Shown here: in pieces, positions 58,015 to 64,000 of the stretch
How positions within the stretch are numbered: the first letter of the stretch is position 1
Layout of the letters: each line of letters opens with the position of its first letter
Origin: Flavobacteriales bacterium
GTDB taxonomy: Bacteria > Bacteroidota > Bacteroidia > Flavobacteriales_D > Sanyastnellaceae
DNA length: 64,000 nt
Reading direction: 5' to 3'
NCBI GenBank assembly: GCA_046336655.1
Contig: JBKDGH010000118.1
Span: 1,224-65,223 of the forward strand
Position numbers and translations under genes: made by a program
The notes under the pieces: model-generated
Told to the model about the DNA's origin: nothing
Seen by the model: only the letters and a program-made list of their open reading frames with translations
Database searches by the model: none

Positions 58015-60626
58015 CACGCGGACTTTTGATCGTGCTGTGCGTGATGGCAGGGCTGCTATCCTCCGCGCAGGTTGAGTCTGCCCGCATTACAGGCGATTAC
58101 GGCCCGATGCCACTCGAGACTTTTCTAAGTGAAATAAAAGCGTCTTACCCTGTGAAATTCGCCTATGACCCCGGCGTAATTGAAGGAATTGAGGTTGCTG
58201 TTTCTTGCAACGGGACTCCTCTCGGGGAGGTACTCGATGAAGTACTTCTCAATACAGGGATTGGTTGGAGGACTGTCCGAAAAACAATCGTACTCTTTCA
58301 AAACCCCGCTCAGCCTGAGCTTAACCCCGCTCCTTCAGTTCAACCCTTGGCACAGTGGAGTGCAGTTATCGCGGATGCAGAATCGGGGGAGGGGCTCCCG
58401 TTCGCAGTGGTGAAGCTCAGCTGTCTGCCGGGTGCAATTGCTTCGAACGAATATGGCCAGGTCAATGTATTGGATATTCCATCGGACACCTGCATCGTCT
58501 CTGTGTATTACACCGGTTACGAAACGCGGTCATTCCGCCTCAATTCGGCATGGGCTCAGAAGCGAACGGTAACAATGAAGCCCTTGCGCACTTTTCTTCC
58601 TCAGGCTGAAATCGTGGCTGAATATTCCGAACTGATAGAAACCGGAAACAGTCCGGGTGTGATTTCTTTTAATCCTGCAGATCTTCAAGCCATCAATACC
58701 AGCGGTGAGAACGATGTCATGCGCGGAGCGCAGTTGCTGCCAGGAGTTTCAGGTACCACCGAAAGCAGCAATGGGATCATCATCCGGGGTAGCGATCCGG
58801 ATCAGACGCTCGTTCAATTTGACGATTTCACGGTCTTTCACCTCGATCATTTCTTCGGCAATTCGAGTGCGATTAACGCAGATATGGTGAAGCAGGTAAG
58901 AGTATACAAGGGAATTTCGGATGCAGCATTCGGCGGCCGCACAGGCGGTCTCGTGAGAATCACAGGAAAGGAGGGAAACAAACTCAAGCCTTCTGCATCG
59001 GTCACTCTCGGCACGCTGTCAGGGAGCGTGCTGCTCGAATCACCGGTGGGCATGCAAGGCGCATTAATCCTTGCAGCTCGCAGATCGTACACCGATCTTA
59101 TACCTTCACCTGCATTTAAAAATTTGTACACGAGTTCGTACAATCAGGGCGGCGTTCAATCCATCCAATCGGAATTATTCAGCGCTGATAACCGGCCTGA
59201 TTTTTACTATCAGGACCTCACAGCCAAGTGGTCAACGCGCAGCAAATCCGGCGACCGGTTCAACATATCAGGATACATCGGACGCGACAAACTTTCCCAG
59301 ACAATCCGCAAGAACGCAGGCGACGAAGCCTTTACTGTAACGCATTCGGATGAGAGCCAGTGGGGCAATAGCGGACTGGGTGCACGATGGCACCGAGAGC
59401 GCAAGAAGGGAGTGCACATGCTCGTGTCCTCCGGAATCAGCAGGTATCAGAGCAACTATTTTTCATCAGACTCCATTGTGCAACCAGCCACTGGCGTTCC
59501 TCAGCGCATTTTCAGTGACGAGCGCTTTCAGCTCACAGATTTCAATTTGCGCGCGGAGCACGGTCGCCGCACGGGTTCGTGGAGAATCCGCATGGGCGCA
59601 CACATCAATCGATCGGCTATCAGAGCTTCGGCTTTGCCCGGCTCAGAGCCAGGAAATGAAGAGGTTAATAGGGTGTCTTCGCTCTACCTGCAAACAGAAG
59701 GAGTCTGGAAGTCACTGGAAATCTCAGCAGGCCTTAGAATCGGGCATTTCTCGGAAGATGGCAATTGGTATCCTGAATGGAGATGGTCAATCTCACACGC
59801 AATGGGAGAACATTTCCGGCTTAAATCAGGCATATTCCGCACACACCAGTTCATTCACCGGTTGCGTCCGCAGAGTCTCGCACTTAATCATTCGGATTTA
59901 TGGGTATGGTCTGGCACCACGAACGTTCCGGTGCTGCAAAGTGATCAGTTTTCTGCGGGTTTCATCTATTCCAGAAAGGCCTGGACACTCGATGTGGAGG
60001 GATACTTCAAAGGCAATCGGGGAGTAATGGAATACCTGCCACCGTACTTGAACGCCATTATTCCGGGCGACTCGCTGCTGTTCGGATCCGGCAAGGCCTC
60101 AGGGGTTGATGTGTTGCTTGGATATAACCGGAGAGGTCATCATGTATGGCTGGCCTATTCACTCATGAAAACCTCCAATAACTTTGGCAATGACGTGGGC
60201 ACCACAGTTCCGGAGTGGTTTGATCAGCGGCATGAAGTAAAGATGACATATCAGTGGGAGAAAACCAACTGGGAATTTGCGTCGGCGCTCTTCATCGGTA
60301 CCGGAAGGCCGTTCACTCCGCTACTCGGCTCATTCGAGATACCACTTGAACAGGGCGGGTCAGTGACTTCTCCTGTGTTCGGCCCGCTCCACTCGCTGCG
60401 CATGAGGCCTTACTACAGGCTCGATCTCGCAGCGGGCTGGAAAGCGGATTACAGAGGCGTCCGCTACGCTATGAGAGCAACCGTTTTCAATGCATGGAAT
60501 CAGACCAACGTGCGTGATATCCGGTACACCGGAGTTTACAACGGTGCAGGGAACGAAGTCTTTATTGAAAACAGAATCAACATGACAGGGATTATTCCGG
60601 GGATTCAACTTCTTGTAAAATGGTAA
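58011..60626 (+). CDS. TonB-dependent receptor with N-terminal STN signalling domain and CarboxypepD_reg domain
   Basis: Signal ...LLSSA|QV. STN-like LETFLSEIKASYPVKFAYDP...GEVLDEVL. Plug DVMRGAQLLPGVSG...IIIRGS. C-terminal barrel ending in an aromatic residue (LLVKW). Confidence 0.85.
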   Translation: MTRGLLIVLCVMAGLLSSAQVESARITGDYGPMPLETFLSEIKASYPVKFAYDPGVIEGIEVAVSCNGTPLGEVLDEVLLNTGIGWRTVRKTIVLFQNPAQPELNPAPSVQPLAQWSAVIADAESGEGLPFAVVKLSCLPGAIASNEYGQVNVLDIPSDTCIVSVYYTGYETRSFRLNSAWAQKRTVTMKPLRTFLPQAEIVAEYSELIETGNSPGVISFNPADLQAINTSGENDVMRGAQLLPGVSGTTESSNGIIIRGSDPDQTLVQFDDFTVFHLDHFFGNSSAINADMVKQVRVYKGISDAAFGGRTGGLVRITGKEGNKLKPSASVTLGTLSGSVLLESPVGMQGALILAARRSYTDLIPSPAFKNLYTSSYNQGGVQSIQSELFSADNRPDFYYQDLTAKWSTRSKSGDRFNISGYIGRDKLSQTIRKNAGDEAFTVTHSDESQWGNSGLGARWHRERKKGVHMLVSSGISRYQSNYFSSDSIVQPATGVPQRIFSDERFQLTDFNLRAEHGRRTGSWRIRMGAHINRSAIRASALPGSEPGNEEVNRVSSLYLQTEGVWKSLEISAGLRIGHFSEDGNWYPEWRWSISHAMGEHFRLKSGIFRTHQFIHRLRPQSLALNHSDLWVWSGTTNVPVLQSDQFSAGFIYSRKAWTLDVEGYFKGNRGVMEYLPPYLNAIIPGDSLLFGSGKASGVDVLLGYNRRGHHVWLAYSLMKTSNNFGNDVGTTVPEWFDQRHEVKMTYQWEKTNWEFASALFIGTGRPFTPLLGSFEIPLEQGGSVTSPVFGPLHSLRMRPYYRLDLAAGWKADYRGVRYAMRATVFNAWNQTNVRDIRYTGVYNGAGNEVFIENRINMTGIIPGIQLLVKW

Positions 60627-61384
60627 GGTATCTGTCCGGTATAATGGCACTTGGTATGTTCTCCTGCACCGCTGAGAGTGTTTCGTCGCTGCGTGAGGAA
60701 GAACTCATCGTCACCGCAGTGTTTCGCGCAGGCGGGGAGTCGCAATCGGTATCGGTAATTGCACTCGATCCGGCAACCGGCATGGCCATTCCTGCGGCCG
60801 GTGAGTTGCGTGTTTTTAATGGTACATCCTGGACTACTTACGCTCAGGAGGAGCAAGTATACGTGTCTCCTGCGGATGCAGAGCCCATTCCCTTTGAGAT
60901 CGAAGGAAAAGTGATATTTGAGCACGCGGGGAATATGGTGGAGGGCGTGTTCATCACACCCGAAGCGTTGTCTCCCGGCTTCACCACGCCTTTGGAATTC
61001 GCAGTGGAAGCAGCATTACCTGAACAGATTGTGTTTTCAGCTAACTGGAATGCCCTGTCCGGCTACGAGTACATCGCGAGACTGAGTTGCCTCGAAGACG
61101 CGCCGCTGGCGATTCCTTTCTCCGGACAAGCAGGACTGTTTGAAGCACGGAATCAGGGGCCGTTTCTCGCTCCTGAACTGTCCATACGGGGCAATGATTT
61201 TCGGTATTACGGAACGCATCTGCTTGAGATTGTGGCCGTGGATGCATTGTACCGCGATGCCCATTTCTTCAATCCTGTGTCGTTGTCCGGCGACTTGCTT
61301 TCGTTTCCCTCCAATGTCTCCGGGGGATTGGGTTTCGTCACAGCAACCAGTTCATTCAGTCTGCAGCTTGAAATTTTACCTTGA
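60620..61384 (+). CDS. DUF4249-like lipoprotein (usual partner of this receptor class)
   Basis: Lipobox ALGMFSC. Size and position immediately after the receptor, overlapping its stop. Confidence 0.55.
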   Translation: MVRYLSGIMALGMFSCTAESVSSLREEELIVTAVFRAGGESQSVSVIALDPATGMAIPAAGELRVFNGTSWTTYAQEEQVYVSPADAEPIPFEIEGKVIFEHAGNMVEGVFITPEALSPGFTTPLEFAVEAALPEQIVFSANWNALSGYEYIARLSCLEDAPLAIPFSGQAGLFEARNQGPFLAPELSIRGNDFRYYGTHLLEIVAVDALYRDAHFFNPVSLSGDLLSFPSNVSGGLGFVTATSSFSLQLEILP

Positions 61385-61441
61385 AAAATCAACAGAACAG
61401 GTAGGGTAATTCAACCAGCCGATGTAAAACCAGCGAATACA

Positions 61442-62287
61442 ATGGAAAGCAAGAACGAGAAAGAGAAGTATCAGCACATTCTGAAGTCTTGGGAGACGCC
61501 TTTTACGCGCACCTCCGGAGAATCCTGGAAAGAGCTGGAGATGAAGTTGTCGCAGGCGGTGCCGGTGAGGCCAATGAATACACGCCGGGTATGGCAGTGG
61601 GCGGCAGCAGCAGTCGCTGTGATAGCGCTGGGCACGGGTATTTTCTGGTCGTCTGGTTTGGGTAAAGCAATGCAGTATGCCACTGCAAACGGCCAGACCA
61701 CGGAGGTCAGTCTTCCCGACCAGTCGCAGGTTTGGCTGAACGGATCCTCTTCAATCGCATGGAGTAATTCATGGGATGAGCGGGCTGTTGAGTTGAGCGG
61801 ACAAGCGTTTTTCAGGGTTTCCAGAGGAAACACCTTTACGGTTAACACAGCGGCAGGAAGCGTGGAAGTAATAGGTACATCATTTGACGTCAATGCGATG
61901 TCTGGCGGCCTTTCTGTGGAATGTCACACCGGAAAGGTGCGGGTCATAACCGGCGGTGAAACGATCATGCTGTCTCCCGGTGAGCGGGCGGAACTTGTTG
62001 ATGGATCGCTCAAGGTCAATGCATTTGAGCCGGGTAACCCGGGCTGGCTCACCGAGGAACTAGAGTTTGCAAAGGCCTCACCTCAGGAGTTGTTTCAGAA
62101 GTTGGGAACGCACTTTGGCTTTGAAATGGTGCTGGAGGGAAACGCCACAGGCGAATTCACCGGATCCGTGAACACTTCAAGCATCGATGAAGCGCTGCAG
62201 ATTGCTTGTCTGCCCCTCGGTCTCAGCTATGAACTGGATTTGACCGCTGAGCGGGTGCGGGTGTTTAAAGCCACCGCAAAGCGTTAA
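61442..62287 (+). CDS. FecR-family anti-sigma factor / transmembrane sensor
   Basis: Single TM WQWAAAAVAVIALGTGIFW, then the FecR domain LPDQSQVWLNGSSSI...LSGQAFFRVSRG..FTVNT..GSVEVIGTSFDV. Confidence 0.85.
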   Translation: MESKNEKEKYQHILKSWETPFTRTSGESWKELEMKLSQAVPVRPMNTRRVWQWAAAAVAVIALGTGIFWSSGLGKAMQYATANGQTTEVSLPDQSQVWLNGSSSIAWSNSWDERAVELSGQAFFRVSRGNTFTVNTAAGSVEVIGTSFDVNAMSGGLSVECHTGKVRVITGGETIMLSPGERAELVDGSLKVNAFEPGNPGWLTEELEFAKASPQELFQKLGTHFGFEMVLEGNATGEFTGSVNTSSIDEALQIACLPLGLSYELDLTAERVRVFKATAKR

Positions 62288-62445
62288 GAGGTGTTAACCT
62301 GGCGGGCCGGTGCAACATTTGCCCGAAGATCGGGTTCATATAAATAGGCGGGTAAAACCCGCACATGAAAAAGTAAGTAACAATCCCCGAAGCGTTCATT
62401 CTGAACGCATCAGATAGTATAGTTAGTTTTAGTTAAGGTTTAGAA

Positions 62446-62480
62446 ATCAGGGCCGGAAACGTCTGGCCCTGATTTTTTTT
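62446..62480 (+). terminator. strong rho-independent terminator in the fecR-queA spacer
   Basis: ATCAGGGCC-(10-nt loop)-GGCCCTGAT, a perfect 9-bp stem followed by T8. Confidence 0.8.
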
Positions 62481-62528
62481 ATGGCCTTCTGCCGCATTTT
62501 CAGTGCAGGCGCAGATTAGTTTAGCGCA

Positions 62529-63746
62529 GTGACTCCGAGCGAAATCAGAATAGAAGATTACGATTATTCACTTCCTGAAGATCGTATTCCGCACCAGCCC
62601 CTACCGGAGAGGGCTTCATCTAAATTACTTGTCTGTCAGGCAGGCGCGATTTCTGATCGCGTATTCAGGGATCTTCCATCGCTGCTTCAGAGTGGAGACC
62701 GGATTTTTCTGAATGAAACACGCGTCATTCCCGCGCGATTGATTTTTTTTCGCGAATCCGGAGCGCGCATTGAAATATTCTGCCTGGAGCCTTATCAGTC
62801 GGAGTATCAGCAGGTCATGGAGAGCCGCAACAGCGTGCGCTGGACATGCCTCGTAGGCGGTGCGAAAAAATGGAAGGAGCGCTACTTGAAAATGGTGCTT
62901 TCAGGGGTCAATGAGGATCATGAACTGGTGCTTTCTGCGGAACGTGAAGCGGACCTTGGCGATGGACAATTCGTGATCCGCTTTTCATGGAGCGGATTTT
63001 CTTGCGCGTTTTCAGAAGTGCTTGAGCGTGCCGGGCGAATTCCTCTGCCTCCTTATTTTCACAGGGAGCCTGATATTGCAGACAGCGATCGCTATCAGAC
63101 GGTATTCGCAAAGTTTTCGGGATCGGTGGCCGCACCTACCGCCGGACTGCATTTCACTCCCGAAGTGCTATCGGAACTGGCTGATAAGGGCGTAGAGATT
63201 AAAAAGCTCGTCCTGCATGTCGGAGCCGGTACCTTCAAGCCTGTGAGTGCCGGATTGCTGCGCGACCATCTGATGCACGGCGAATGGTTTAATGTGAGCA
63301 GAGAGGTACTCATCGATCTCACGCGCAAATCGCAGGGGCGAAGAATCGCCGTTGGCACCACCAGCATGCGTACGCTGGAATCACTCTACTGGATAGGAGT
63401 GAAGGCATCACTCGGTCAATTGGGAGATATGGCGCTGCTCGGACAATGGGAGGCCTATGAGTTGCCGTCGGACATGACCTGGGAGCAATCAGTCAGCGCT
63501 CTGCTTCAGTGGATGGACGGGCATCAGATGCATTCATTGCGCGGAAACACAAGCCTGCTTATTGGCCCCGGCTACGAGTTCAAAGGATGTGATGCGCTGA
63601 TCACCAATTTCCATATGCCTAAAAGCACCCTCCTTGTGCTGGTTTCTGCACTGATCGGTGGGCAGTGGAGAGCAGTTTATGATCATGCGTTGTCTCATGA
63701 CTATCGCTTCCTGAGTTACGGCGACAGTTCACTACTCATTCCCTGA
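62529..63746 (+). CDS. queA: S-adenosylmethionine:tRNA ribosyltransferase-isomerase
   Basis: DYDYSLPEDRIPHQP, SVAAPTAGLHFT, VGTTSMRTLES and FRFLSYGDSSLL. GTG start. About 50 aa longer than typical QueA because of internal insertions. Confidence 0.9.
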   Translation: MTPSEIRIEDYDYSLPEDRIPHQPLPERASSKLLVCQAGAISDRVFRDLPSLLQSGDRIFLNETRVIPARLIFFRESGARIEIFCLEPYQSEYQQVMESRNSVRWTCLVGGAKKWKERYLKMVLSGVNEDHELVLSAEREADLGDGQFVIRFSWSGFSCAFSEVLERAGRIPLPPYFHREPDIADSDRYQTVFAKFSGSVAAPTAGLHFTPEVLSELADKGVEIKKLVLHVGAGTFKPVSAGLLRDHLMHGEWFNVSREVLIDLTRKSQGRRIAVGTTSMRTLESLYWIGVKASLGQLGDMALLGQWEAYELPSDMTWEQSVSALLQWMDGHQMHSLRGNTSLLIGPGYEFKGCDALITNFHMPKSTLLVLVSALIGGQWRAVYDHALSHDYRFLSYGDSSLLIP

Positions 63747-63750
63747 CACC

Positions 63751-63782
63751 AAAAAAAAGCCCCGCCTTGGAGGCAGGGCTTT
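63751..63782. terminator. hairpin terminator between convergent queA and the downstream minus-strand gene
   Basis: A8-AGCCCCGCCT-TGG-AGGCAGGGCT-TT. One C-A mismatch. The T-run is strong on the minus strand and weak on the plus strand. Confidence 0.5.
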
Positions 63783-63800
63783 CTAATCCGACTGATGCCG

Positions 63801-64000
63801 TTAATTTCGTTCGTAGCGGTTGTCTTCTACTTCTCCGTATTCACGGAATGAGTTGAAGATGGACATGGCCGCGCGAGCCTGGTAACCTTTTGTGAGGTTG
63901 TCGCGATCGCTGAGGTATCCGTCCTGTGATTCAACAAGAGCCACGTCAGTTGAACGTTGAATTACATATACACCTCCTTCGCCTTTAATTGGCGAAGAAA
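63801..64000 (-). CDS. 3' end of an unidentified gene (possibly a PpiD/SurA-like chaperone C-terminus)
   Basis: Own translation: ...SSPIKGEGGVYVIQRSTDVALVESQDGYLSDRDNLTKGYQARAAMSIFNSFREYGEVEDNRYERN*, with the stop at 63803-63801. The N-terminal part lies outside the window. Function is only guessed. Confidence 0.4.
   Translation of the reverse strand, partial: SSPIKGEGGVYVIQRSTDVALVESQDGYLSDRDNLTKGYQARAAMSIFNSFREYGEVEDNRYERN

Noticed and set aside
62366-62377. Mini-ORF ATG AAA AAG TAA in the fecR-queA spacer, considered as a leader peptide
   Set aside because: It is only three sense codons, has no regulatory codon bias, and has no alternative anti-terminator pairing that I could find. It is treated as incidental.

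Overview
The window reads as an ordinary chromosomal segment of a Bacteroidota genome, probably Flavobacteriia-like. The evidence for that placement: no Shine-Dalgarno-type leaders, TAnnTTTG -7 promoter boxes, a T9SS C-terminal sorting domain, an XrtF exosortase, and Gln at the +1 position of most signal peptides. About 55 protein genes are supportable. I found no rRNA, tRNA, CRISPR array, integrase, transposase or prophage genes. Housekeeping blocks: hflX; yceD-rpmF-fabH-accB-accC; mutS-clpX-priA; clpP; cysS; queA; gmd; a PhoBR-like two-component pair; and an ECF-sigma/TonB-receptor/DUF4249/FecR module. Accessory content: (i) a 1389-aa T9SS adhesin with about 14 HYR-like repeats; (ii) an eight-gene minus-strand glycan locus at 21.5-30.2 kb, led by a Wzc-like tyrosine kinase with an extreme (YG)n tail and holding two SpsF-like cytidylyltransferases, a class-III aminotransferase, an SDR, a DUF4910 aminopeptidase-like protein, a GNAT and a GT2; (iii) divergent from that locus, a tightly coupled XrtF exosortase operon; (iv) a 1184-aa modular secreted protein. 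The most interesting signal is a 71-codon ORF at 30322-30537, 4 nt upstream of xrtF. It encodes signal peptide, a roughly 20-aa Pro/Gly/Cys-rich core, P-I-D-G-G, a TM helix and a basic tail. That is the tripartite architecture of exosortase sorting signals, so it is a candidate cognate XrtF substrate in a family whose targets were, to my knowledge, not defined. All functional calls rest on reading the supplied translations and recognising motifs; no database search was possible.
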